Of a stretch of DNA of 64,000 nucleotides, positions 12,277-24,400 are shown piece after piece. The DNA lies in assembly GCA_003344405.1 (NCBI GenBank), contig NOWV01000117.1, positions 124,001 through 188,000 on the forward strand, read 5' to 3'. Position numbers and translations under genes: made by a program. How positions within the stretch are numbered: the first letter of the stretch is position 1; every line of letters begins with the position of its first letter. The notes beneath the pieces are model-generated. The model worked only from the letters and a program-made list of their open reading frames with translations, ran no database searches and had not been told where the DNA came from. This DNA is from Trichoplax sp. H2. Taxonomy: Eukaryota.

Positions 12277-13504
12277 GACTATAGTATGAGCAAATACTTG
12301 AGCAAGATGTCGTTTCCCACTAGGGCGGTGGATAACGTCTATCTGGGCCTAATGTCATAGTGTACAGTGTACAGTACAACACTCTACAGTACTTAATACC
12401 GTCAGTACAGTACTGTACTGTACGTACTGTACAGTGTACATTGGCCAATGGAATTTCGTCTTTACAGTACTGTACTGTACTGTACAGTACAGTACGGTAG
12501 GAAGTGCAGGGGCAACCTCTTTCAGTACATTTGTCGACATTACTATCGCAATACCTTAGAAACATGACGCACAAGCAGTACCACAGCGCTGGATGATATT
12601 ATGTTGTGTTACTTGTGTATGGTCGTCAGCGAGCACATTTGCCCCCCGGCCTTTTCCCTCAGTGATGGTGGCCCAGAAGGGACAAGCAGGTTTTACATTA
12701 TTTGCCCAACTCTGTACAGTACATTTGTCTACTGCACTGTACTATCACGATACCTTAGAAACATGACGCACTGGCAGCGCTGGATAATATTATGTTGTGT
12801 ATTGGTCGTCAGCCTGCACATTTCCCCCCCTACCCCTCCAGTTATGGTGGCCGAGAAGTACAGTACAGTACAGTACTGTACAATGTACTGTACAGTGCAG
12901 CACAATAGTACTGTACTGTACTGTCATTCTGGGCCACCGTACTCAGTAGTACAGTACTGTAAGTTGAGTGTAACAGTCTTCTGCACTCCAAAATTGGCGT
13001 TCAAACTAAACCTGAGAAAGGTTTAGCCAGTTGGAGCATGGTGGAAGTAAACAAATCAAGACTTTTTATTCCTATTCAGTTGGACTGACTTTACTGTGGG
13101 TTGCAGCAGTAGAGTAGAATAAGATATAGTCGACCTTATTACAGGGACATACAGTACTGTAGTTAGCAATTGTAATAAGAACAGCACATACAATGTGACG
13201 CAATGCAGCATAAAAGCAGCACGTTAAAAAGTCACGCATATCGCCATATGGTCACGCATACAGACCTGGAGTGTCTCTAGTCATGCAGTGTTTAGTCATC
13301 AACTACCAAAAGAAGCTTGAACCTTCTTTTAGTTGCCTATGGTAGAGCACTTTACGCAACAAGAGTACTCACCACACAATCCCTGCTGTAAGTACACTAC
13401 CTTAAATAGAATTCTTGGCCATACTGGAGCGCGCTTCTAACGAAATGTCCTTACAGTGCAGTATAGTAGTGTACGTACAGTATACTGTACTGTTTCCTGC
13501 ACAC

Positions 13505-13799
13505 TGTTGTAGACCCAACTATTTAAATGGATGTTTATGTACACTTGGCTGGAACTGTCCTACTGGTGCTGTAGTGCAGTATGTCCTTAACTTTAACAAT
13601 AGTCCAAAAATAATAGTGATATCAATGTTAGTAATAGTCAAAAAATAATAATATTATATATATAGATTAATCTTGGTCAAAAAATACAGTAATAATAAAA
13701 TATATTATATAGAGAGAGTAACATATATATAGATGACGAATCCCCAGTTTCAGCTAAGTGTACAAAAAACATGAAATTCAGATGGTTGGGTCTACAACA
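13505..13799. mobile_element. MITE / non-autonomous DNA transposon, about 295 bp
   Basis: Perfect 15-bp terminal inverted repeat TGTTGTAGACCCAAC ... GTTGGGTCTACAACA, extending imperfectly to about 55 bp (GTACACTT(G/A)GCTG(G/A)AACTG). The AT-rich interior has three GTC(C)AAAAA sub-repeats. CAC flanks both sides, a possible 3-bp target-site duplication. Confidence 0.8.
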
Positions 13800-16700
13800 C
13801 ACTCATGCACTAGTGCGCCAATGTTACTCATTCACTAGAAACAGTTGCGCAAAATGGACAACTATTTGGAATTTTTCACATTTTTAATAGTTGACATTTT
13901 CGAGGTATGCATGAATTTTGATTGTATTCATTAAACTAATTATTAGCCTAATTTATAGGGGATGTTTTCTATAAGGACATTTGTACTGTATGCAAATATC
14001 CACTCACTCTCTTTTCGTCAACATTCAAGTAAGATGAGCTTATAGATTACAAATTGGCTAAAAAATGAATTCATTCAATTTCGCAAACTTTTAAAATTCA
14101 ATTTTGCACGCATGCTGGCCTATTGTGCAGTGTACAGTATAAGTATGAACTTGTACATTAAATACAATATAGCGTACACTATCACAAGCCCGTCATTATT
14201 CCTCTGATCGATATAGAACATAGGTAGTCGACTAAGTACAACAAGGAGTGCTTAAATTAGGTAGTATCCAGGCCAAAGCAGATAAGCAACAGTCAAAATT
14301 GACAGCTATTCAACTTAAATGTAATCATAGATCAACCTTCGAAATCAATCTTTACTTGAATCCAATCTACTCAGCATTCTCATGTACCAATTTAACAAGT
14401 TGTTACCAAATTACTCCGGTCGAACACGAGCAGCTACTTAACATTTAAATTACTCTAATAATTATATTTGTTGATTGGTGAAATTTCCAATTTGTATAAT
14501 TATGAACTTACGCTGGATCGAAAAATTGGCTACGGAAGAAAACCGCTAATAGAGATTTTATAGACTCGTCCTGGAAGTGAACGTGTCGAAAAGTATCGGA
14601 AAATAAGAAAAATAAATACACACGGAATACACTAGAAAAACTAACTTATATTATTTAAAAGCTAATTGTATTTTTATTTCCCAGCTTAAAACATGAAAGA
14701 TGCTAGCGAAATCTAAAATTTCCTCATTTAGGAACCTTCATGATTGATACCAGCTAGTTAAAAAGATATCGCAATAGTTCTACTCGTATGCCTGAAAGTA
14801 GTACCGTTAGTTTAGTGTTGAGGCTAAATTCCTAATTACTGTAGTATCAGAATGACCACCATGCGCTACCAGTGAAGATTGTGTCTTCGTATATTAGGCA
14901 TATTGGTAATATTGCTACCTTGACTTAATAAGTGATACTCGAGTACGTAAACCAGTGCATTGGGTACACTGAAAAATACTCCTCTAATTTATGATAGCTG
15001 CATAAATGAAAATTCTATCTTCAAGTTGTTGAGATACCATTCACAAAGCTAAAATTACCATTGATTCAAACTATATCGATGCACAAAATATTACTGACTA
15101 CTAACTGCCTTTACATATTTACAATGAACGGGAAGGAACTACTCCTTACTGATTTACAATTATTAAATCTATGTATAATAGAATAAAAATTACGTGATTA
15201 CTCTCTCTATGAAGGGAATTTGTATATTGCAGCATATCGTATTACTTCAAGATTCCTTGTATATATTATTTTTTAATTTCTGCATTATAGGATCAAATGT
15301 ATGAATTATAAGCTTTACCAACTCTACAACATCCTATATAATATTGGCAATATGAAAAACATAAATCATGATTGCTTATTCATCGTAAAGCGTGAAGGGC
15401 ATTTCAAGAGTAAATTAACTGCAGTAATATCTTTCAACTTTTTCCCATAAAAGGAATACGATCCAGGCTCTAATTAGATTATCATTTATTCGGTAGATGC
15501 CTTATTGCTATGACAGATTGAACACGTTATAGTGGTGTACATGCATATTTCTATACCGAATAAAATGAAAAGCTCATATCCTACTCGTATATCAGCCCAC
15601 ATAAACCTACTGTACTAGTATACTCCTATTCAATAATAATGGGCGAACATTTTTCTTACTCTATAATTTCTCATGGATTATCTGTTTAATAAATCAATGA
15701 AAAATCCGTAAATGACTATGATTTGAATTCACAGCCAATGGATGGTAAAACGCAGTTATTCGATATCATAATCGCGACTAATTCTCATATAAATTGTGAC
15801 GATTTATCATTAACTTCTAAGCCCTATATTTGCATGTAGAGTAGCAAATGGATATTTATTGACAAATTTTCCGTTAAGCAGATATGAATTTATCACCATT
15901 ATTATGAATATATATCGGCATTTCCTTTTGTATTGAACCATCCAATATAACCGGCCTCCTAAATTAAAAGTGTGCTTAGTTTATACTTGTATATGAGCCT
16001 TTTTATAATCTATATGAAAGTATCTCAAAAATGATAAAAAAATTGTCTTTGAGGATACTAATTCATTAATCTCATCTACTAATATAATACGTAGATCACC
16101 CAACAATCTGTCTGTGTTTATGATAATTAATACTATAGGTATTCATATTTTTCCTAAATACCATGCAGAATGATCTATCCGTTCCATACCAAGACTAACT
16201 AATTTACAACGAGACACTGAAGTTAAAAACAATTTAAATTGGTCTCAAGACTTGATCATCATAGCAAGGGTTATGCTTACCAATGGCTTATAAAAGTCCT
16301 ACGAAGTATGTGCTTATATAGCAGTTAATTCTAAAAGAGGCTAATAGCACCCACGTTGCTCTACTAAATAGTTGCTAATTAAATACTAAGAAATTAGCAT
16401 CATAGAAATAAAAAGCATCGAGATGATATAACTAAGGGTAAACAGCTCACAACTTGTATCCACTGCCATCATGGTCACGCTATAACCTTATGATCATAAA
16501 CCAGTTACAACTATAAGAAAGCTCTACAGGTAAAGCATTAAATTTTCACGCTCAGTATGTAAGCCAACAAGTAATTTATTGCCTTCTAGTATATAATCAA
16601 AAAGGATTTTCAATTACGTACCTGATATTATTACAAATATTGAACAATTCTATGCAATCATTTTTAGCTACTTTAATTGTATTTACTTAAGATTTTACGA

Positions 16701-17333
16701 AGACGCTTTACCCTTAAAGTAAATTCATCAATACAAAAACGAATTTAACCAATCTAGTGAACATTTACATTATAGTTTTTTTGCCATTAGACAAGTATAA
16801 TATCTACACTGCGTATGCACGTATTTTATTAAAAGTTGGTCTGGTAATCTTAATGTAATGAACAGAAAAAATTGACGGCTAGAATACAAGTTACAGCGTT
16901 GTATTAAATCTCTTCTTTTCATTATAGCTGTTTGAAACTTATGATATAATCCTTATATTACAAATCATTGACATTAATCATCAGAAGCAATCAATCACTT
17001 ACAAAACACTGTATTGTTGAAATGAAATAAGTGTATTTCTATCATAATTTTGAAACTTTCGATAGGGCCAATTTATACACATGTAATCGATCGGAGGTAA
17101 TTGTTAAAGGTGGAATAAGTTACAAATTTATGCTGTATTTTAATAGTCATCGAAAGTAAATCAGTTTGATATCATTATCATCACCTACAAAAAAAATCCT
17201 ACGAAACACTTAACTCCACTTGTTTACAGCGCTTATCAACATTTAGTTCTATTCAGGAGTAGGAGAATCCTATTTAATTCCGATGGAATAGAAATTTGAT
17301 AAGTAGGTATATGACTGTGGAAGTACGAAAAAA

Positions 17334-18410
17334 TTATCCAGTTAACGTCCAAACTGGCTTACTCTGAATCTCCAATACTGGGGGAAATGCTGCATTATCA
17401 GAGTTGCATTTGGGATGCCGTAAGTACGTACACTTACTTAATTCTTCCATCATTTTTCGTAGATTTTCATTCTTCTTTAAATCAGCTTTAGTAATCTTAC
17501 CAGAAATGTTGGTCGATGTATTTATTTGAGGATATAGTTGATGAGTATGGTTAGCACTGGGTTCATCTTTTTTATCATTATTATTTTTCCTATTACCACT
17601 ATCCGCTCTATCGCGCTTACTAGATAATAAACGATTTTCGATAATGTCTTTCTTATTGGATATTAATGCAGGTAGATTTTCCATACTTGATCTATTGGAT
17701 TCATTAGTTTGACCAATATTATTACGATGTTGATTTTGTTCAATTGGCGGCATCTTCACTGTGTGCTCTTGCGATCGATGTGCGTTGGACACCTTAGCAT
17801 TAGCGGAATTATGATTTGATGATGCCACTAAATTTTTCTTATAATTTTCTAATGGTAATAAGACAATATCCGTTGATGATGAACTCTTGGATAGGGCGAT
17901 ATTTTTTTTAAGATCTTGTTCCCTATTAACATTACTATCGTGATTGTCGTAATCGACCACAATCCAAGTTTTTTCTTGGCAAATTTTATGGCCTGAAATA
18001 CTAGGCAAATTGCTATCATGATGACGATGATAATGATGATGACCGTTAGAATGACCTTTATTATGGCGATGATGATTATCTTGTTGGTTAGCCGTATCGT
18101 GATCGGATGTTATTTTAGATTTTTTAAGGTTTTGTTGTTTTTTCTTAAATAATTTTTGTTCACTCGATATATTGCTCAAGCGATGAGCACCTTCACGATT
18201 TAGTTGACTAATTTTCTCTTTGAGTATCATATTTTCGCGTTGATTTTGTACTTTGGCTAAATTCAATTGTCGGCTTGGATCATACTTTGTATAAGTTTTA
18301 TTCTCCTCCATGTCTTGATTAGAAACGGCGCTAACGACGTCTGCTTTGCTTGAACTGCCTTTAAAATAATATTTGACGGTATTACCTTGTATATGTTGTG
18401 CAGCATCCAT
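17334..18410 (-). CDS. Uncharacterised 358-aa protein in one coding exon: N-terminal coiled coil, His/Asn-rich low-complexity middle, C-terminal MEELSKCTYLRHP motif (loosely CCDC190-like layout)
   Basis: A 1.1-kb stop-free frame in very AT-rich DNA. The first ATG is at 18410 (MDAAQH...); the track's GTG start at 18440 probably coincides with a splice acceptor. The family resemblance is from memory and weak. Confidence 0.8.
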   Translation of the reverse strand: MDAAQHIQGNTVKYYFKGSSSKADVVSAVSNQDMEENKTYTKYDPSRQLNLAKVQNQRENMILKEKISQLNREGAHRLSNISSEQKLFKKKQQNLKKSKITSDHDTANQQDNHHRHNKGHSNGHHHYHRHHDSNLPSISGHKICQEKTWIVVDYDNHDSNVNREQDLKKNIALSKSSSSTDIVLLPLENYKKNLVASSNHNSANAKVSNAHRSQEHTVKMPPIEQNQHRNNIGQTNESNRSSMENLPALISNKKDIIENRLLSSKRDRADSGNRKNNNDKKDEPSANHTHQLYPQINTSTNISGKITKADLKKNENLRKMMEELSKCTYLRHPKCNSDNAAFPPVLEIQSKPVWTLTG

Positions 18411-21400
18411 ATTAAATGACGATTTAGTAAGTGTTCTCACTTGTAATAGTATTATTGGTAAGTAAAAAGGAAAATTTTTTAATTAATTTAGAAAATTGAT
18501 TGACTAAATTCTTTCAATTATAACCCTACAATAAGTAATATAAAAATAATAAACAACCTTATTGAAAATGTATGATATATTAATCAATTAATATAATAAC
18601 ATTATTTTTGGAGGAGAAAAACAATAATCGCCAAAATTTTTATAGTATGGATTGTAATGAGTACTTTATATTCAAATTTTGACAAGTAATATTAAGTTAG
18701 GTTGTACAAGGATGGGTGGTCTTCTGCTCTGTTAATAATGTTATCATCAATAGGTTTAAAAATTAATTAACTTAATAAAGGGTTTCACCTAACTATAAAA
18801 TTATTTCATTAATGTTAATTCTTTAAGGTAGTTTGGACGTTAGAATTATCTATATTAGAACAACTAAATTATAGTGCGATTCCTTTATTCACCACCATTT
18901 TAAATTCTCATCAATGATGATGGAATAAAGTCTAAATTGAAATTATAGACCATTGTCTACAATTTATTATTAATAAGATTATGCACAATATTTTAAACAT
19001 TCTAACACCGGTATAGGCGCATAGAATAAGCGTAAACTAACACTGGAAATTAATATTTTTATCGCAAATGATTCTTTAACATGAGAGAAATTATTCTAAG
19101 TGCTAGAGGGTGTCATTTTTAAAGTAAAATCTCATCAATCCAATTAATACCTTAGAAGATGCTAATTAAAATCATATTTAATTGATATAACCTATCAACT
19201 AGTCAAGCATTCTCAGAAATCAATCTTTCAGTAAAAACTATAATTGAGTTCACCTTATTCCAAACTCTTATATTATTTTTCGTTCTGTCTACATTTAAAA
19301 TCTCACGCTACATAGAATAGGGTCTAAATTGCTATGGGTAAGATATAATAAATAATTTGCTTATTAAATGGGGAGTGCATATCAATAGGTATTATATTAG
19401 AGGATCTAATTAACGCTGAATATTGTACTGATGCTTATTATAAACTTTATTACTGCATTATTATTGATCGCAGTAAATAGGACTATTATTAGTCGTATTA
19501 CGCTATTTTAAAAGCAAAAAAGTTGTTGACGTTAAAAATGGAGCTTAGTAGTAATAGATTTGAGCTATGGACTAAATTTATTTGTGTAACCATCTGAGCT
19601 GACACATTAGAACGTTGACAGAGGTAAGAGTAATAAAGCCGATTACCACGATGGTAATTCAATACTAAGCCCTAAATCGATTCCCTACCATTCGAATCAA
19701 TCTTAGCCTAGTTACGTCTTAATCTATTTTTGCTAAATCAGAAAGTAGCTGATGGCTATTATACAATAGCGAATCTAATGACGTCCAATGATTATTCAAA
19801 TTACGCCATATCAAACTATTACGCTGATGCACAAGTAAACATAATTTGTAAGTTTATTTCTTCAATCCTCTTAAACATCTGTATACAATTGCCATACAAT
19901 ACCCAAAGATATCAAAACTACATTGATTAGAATGAAATTTATCTACAGCAATACTCTCTAACTGATGTAGCCTGCTTTTAATATGTTAGGTTATAAAACT
20001 CTTTTATCCGACAATAAAAGATGGTGAAGAGGGTTTTTTTCTATTATTTGCTTAAATGATACATAACAAGAAATAGGAATGCAAATCTGCAATTTAGTTA
20101 TCGTATTATCCAGCTAGCTTACCTTTTCACTATCTACCGCTATATAATTGTAATCGTAAACAGCTTTTAAAGATAGCGAAGTCTATTGATATTTTTATTT
20201 GTATATTATTTACTCAGATATTCAATAATAAATAAAAAAATAAATAGATAGAAATTTAACGATCGTATCAACGAACTGCTACTCGTTATCGTGTTAGTAG
20301 CAACCGCCTTGACATGATCATAAATCAAATCTTTACTTATGTTAAGGTCTATAGAAACAGGCGATTGTCTACTTCTTACTCGGATACCCAAAGGTAATAT
20401 AAACATAAAATTGTAATTTAGCACCCATTTAAACTGTCTACAGTGCCATTAATGACGATTTGGTCATAATAACAAAATAATAAATCTTTCTAGCCATGAC
20501 TGCTATAAAAAATAGTCATTGTCTTAGGCCTGAATAAAATCCACGACTAATATATCTATAAATTATACTATATTGTAACCGAGTCATCCTACAAATTATC
20601 TATACTTATATCAATCACTTGCTCGTTATAATTTGATTAATATAATCATAAAATAAATTCTACTGACGCCTACCGCTGTTAAAAGGCGACAAATACTTAT
20701 TACCGACTGAAAGAGAACCTATAAGATAATGAATAGGCAGGCATAAGCGATTGCGACCGAATAAATCAAATGCACTAAATTTAACTATAGGATCTTTATA
20801 TTGATCAGTTAATGGTAATAATCATAAAATAATCTTTACTAATGATAGCAGTCATAGGTAAAAGGATGACCATCAATTATTTTTTATGTAATACCTGAGA
20901 AAAAATGCAAAGAGAAGATCTCAAATTTAGCGTTCATAGGAATTTTGTATAAGTATCCTATCCTTCTATCGATTAAACCAATTCTCAGCTATTGTAGATA
21001 TAGTTCTAAGTTATTTTTACGGCGATTGCGACTATTAAAAATATTGCTGTATTTCACTAAAAACTTGTCTGATAAGTACCCCAAAATGGAGACTATAATT
21101 TACTAAATCCATGAAATGTCTACTGTTAGAATATATAAGATGGAAACACAACATATAACTTATTACAGCTCATTAATTAAACTATACATTAATTTAACTA
21201 TATTTTCCCATATCAGAATATTTCAAACCAGCTATTATCCAATTGACTAGGTAAAAATTTGGATATCTCACAATATTAAAAGAAATAATATAAACTTGCA
21301 GTAATATGACCGTTAGCCTTTTTTACTTTCCCAGAAAATAAATGTTTAATTATTGCTTATTAAGGGTTATTCTCGTGAAAATTTGAACATGCTAAGTCAG

Positions 21401-24400
21401 ACTAGTGAATAACACATTTATTTATCTGATCTTTACGTTCATTTTATCATACTGTACTAAGTCGCAATTATAGCATAAACAATTAAGAGAAAACAGAATC
21501 GTATACAATTGGTAAAAAAATTTGAGTTTAATTCATTGATTTATTACTAGTAGTAAACTGGATATTGTACTAGGTTTATTACATCCAATACCAGTTCTTG
21601 TAGGAGAAGTGACATATTGGATATATTTAACAGTTTCACTCCTTCGAATTCAAGCTTATGGAAAGCATATTATCACCATTTATGGGTGTGATTAAATATG
21701 AATTGTGATTAAAATTATTATCCCTCCCATATAGACAGTGAAATCACTTTGAGCCATATAGTAATAGCTTTAAGGATAATCTTATTTCTTTAACTCGCAA
21801 GATCCATTAACATAATAATTTAGCAAATTAGATATTTCTTAATATACTAATATGTACGTATGCAATATCTTCCATAAAATTCGCGTTAAAATTTTGTAGT
21901 ATAGCTGAACTGACCTGTGCTCATCTACCAATTTAGCTATGATCTTGTCTTGAAATGGGCTTGAAAGTGTTCGACTAGACTATCGATCTGTTAGTGCAAT
22001 ATACGTCGTAGTAAAAGTTAGCTGTTTATTAACTAAAATAAATGATTTAAAATTAAGGATACCAAGGCAAATATATTCTTTTTCAATTTAATAAATCTCA
22101 GGATAAGAAGAATATAATATTTAAATAACGAGATAGATAATAATAGTCTAAGCTAATAATTTCTATAAATGTATTCTTTTTTATACTCTTACTTAACCAA
22201 TCGTATAATGATTATAGGAAAACAATAAAGCAGGTGCACACTTCGGTATACCGCAAGTAAGAAAAAAAAATTTTTTAATAAAAGTACTAAATTTATATAT
22301 TCTGTTATTGAAATTTTGCATCATTCTCTTAAACTAAAGGTTACTATCTATCATGGCAAAATTAAACTGACATTGAAAAGAGGATAGCAATGATTGATAA
22401 AATTGTCTTTAATGACATGAGTAATATCGTATTTTTAAAAAGTTACGACATAGAGGGCGAAACAATTAACGTATCTTAACATTTGAATATCAAACGATTT
22501 AAAGCTACTATTGGCGTTGTTTGGCTTATATTATACCATTACCATGGTGATATTGAAGTTATCGGAGAGGACAGGATTTTACCTTATATTAATTAATTAA
22601 TTGACAAGAGGTTAATAAGAAATAGTACCAAATCATCTATCATATTAAATCTGACATGCATCTCCCAATATAGGAAAAGATTTATGACAGATTGCGCGAT
22701 AAAAATTAATTGAAAATTTAACAATAAACGATACTACTATGTCAGATTAGAATTTTTTAAAACAATTATTGTTGAATATTTATTAACTAATGATAAGTTT
22801 GAATATACTAAAGGAAAGAATGAAAATCAGATTCTTCCTATTGACTATACTATACTATAATATGATTTATAGTACTGTATTTTAAGATTGGCTACGGTTT
22901 TATAAATATTTATATTGATATAATTTACTTTTTTATATATTTCTATATAGTGTAGTAGAGATAAAGCTAATGAAAAAGCAATAATAATATCCGTAAATTG
23001 CATCAATTTTAGTAGCGCTGGCCATGATTACAACATCCTGGCCCTAATTTAAGGAGCAGGCTAGCCTAGTAAGTAGCTTAAGTATCTTATCTAAAAATGT
23101 CGATATCTATATCCGATCATAAAATCTTCATAAAACACGTCATCGTAGATCAATTCTTAGCAACTAATCAAACTCATTCAATCTAATTTCTCTCTATGAA
23201 TGATTGCTATCTAGAATTTTCTAAATTTAAAGTTTTTGTAATTAAAATTCCATGGGATTTTTGAATCGCTGCATGCAGTAAAATTATCAATGGTAGTATA
23301 AAATATGCAAAGGCGAAAAATGGACGATATACAATCTATTAAACTATTCCATTCTTTAAAATATCTTTTCTGATTTTTTAAACAGAAATATTGTAACCGT
23401 AGTTATTGTTATTAGGAAATGTCTTATTATATTGACAGTCATTCTCTACCTCCGCTTTATTCATATTTGACCTCGTTATAGTCAGCTAAAACTGAAAATT
23501 AACATGTCTTCATGGATTATTGATTATTATTGCAATTAATCTAGACTTTTGGCGCTCAGGACACTTTCTTTTCTGTTTAGATCTGTAGCCTGAAGCTATT
23601 GTCGAGTTTAGATTTAAAATCTGGCCTATGAATGTGCCATTACTGTCAATTTTTTGAGATACAATAATATTATCCTGATGTTATATTGATTGCAAAACAA
23701 TGAATTAGTTACACGACTGTAAAACAGAAGAAAGGTTATTTCCTTCCTTGTTGTGTGTTTTTAAAATCTCTACATAAAAAATCGAAATTGTGATCTTAAG
23801 TTTTGAATTTATGCGAAATATTTAGAAATTGGAAGGAACCGTTGTTGAAGGATAATAATTTCTCAATGCTGCTATTGAATAGTAACTATGTTGCAAGAAT
23901 GCCACGAAAATATCTTGAGTCAGCTTCAAAAATATATTTGAAAGATGTGCTATTATGATGAATAGCAGCATCAGTTTAATTTGTGAGCGGAATGAATAAC
24001 GGTAGACATAAAAAAAGTAATCTTATTTACGAAAGTTATTATGAATACAGCTTCAAGATCTTAATATCTAAAAATGGCACGTCTCATTCAATCTTTAAAA
24101 TCTAAGCTAGCTAGATTCCATTCTTTACGAAATAATAAACTCAACATGCTTTCAATCCAAAATGCAAATTAAATTCAATAAATCAAAAATAAATTTTGAT
24201 ACTTGGCTCTTGAAAATTATATAAATGTATTGCAAACATAATTAACGATACTATATACAATGTTTTAGCTTCAATTTGTGGCTAAGCCGTAGATTAATTT
24301 AAGATAGACAGACTAAGAACTGTTTCATAATATGAGCAAAAAATATAAACAGCTGCGTGGCCAGTAGAATTATTTCACGAGTTCCCAATTTATAAATGAT

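Larger units (their letters stand above)
10531..13106. repeat. Duplicated CAGTA/TACTG-rich segment: copy A 10531-12256 and copy B 12277-13106, flanking an assembly gap
   Basis: Both copies start GACTATAGTATGAGCAAATACTTGAGC. They are near-identical apart from SNPs, pentamer copy number, a 7-bp duplication near 11455, the LTR insertion and the extra 279-bp units in copy A. Confidence 0.95.

Noticed and set aside
10574..13026. Cluster of Cys/Tyr/Thr/Val-rich ORFs on both strands (STVQYCT...)
   Set aside because: These are translations of the CAGTA/TACTG pentamer repeat, which has few stop codons. They are duplicated with the repeat and show no protein-like features.
18330..18385. Similarity between NTVKYYFKGSSSKAD in the orphan gene and NSLLRYYYLHSNSKQD in DDA1
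   Set aside because: A short, low-complexity match with nothing else aligning; treated as coincidence.
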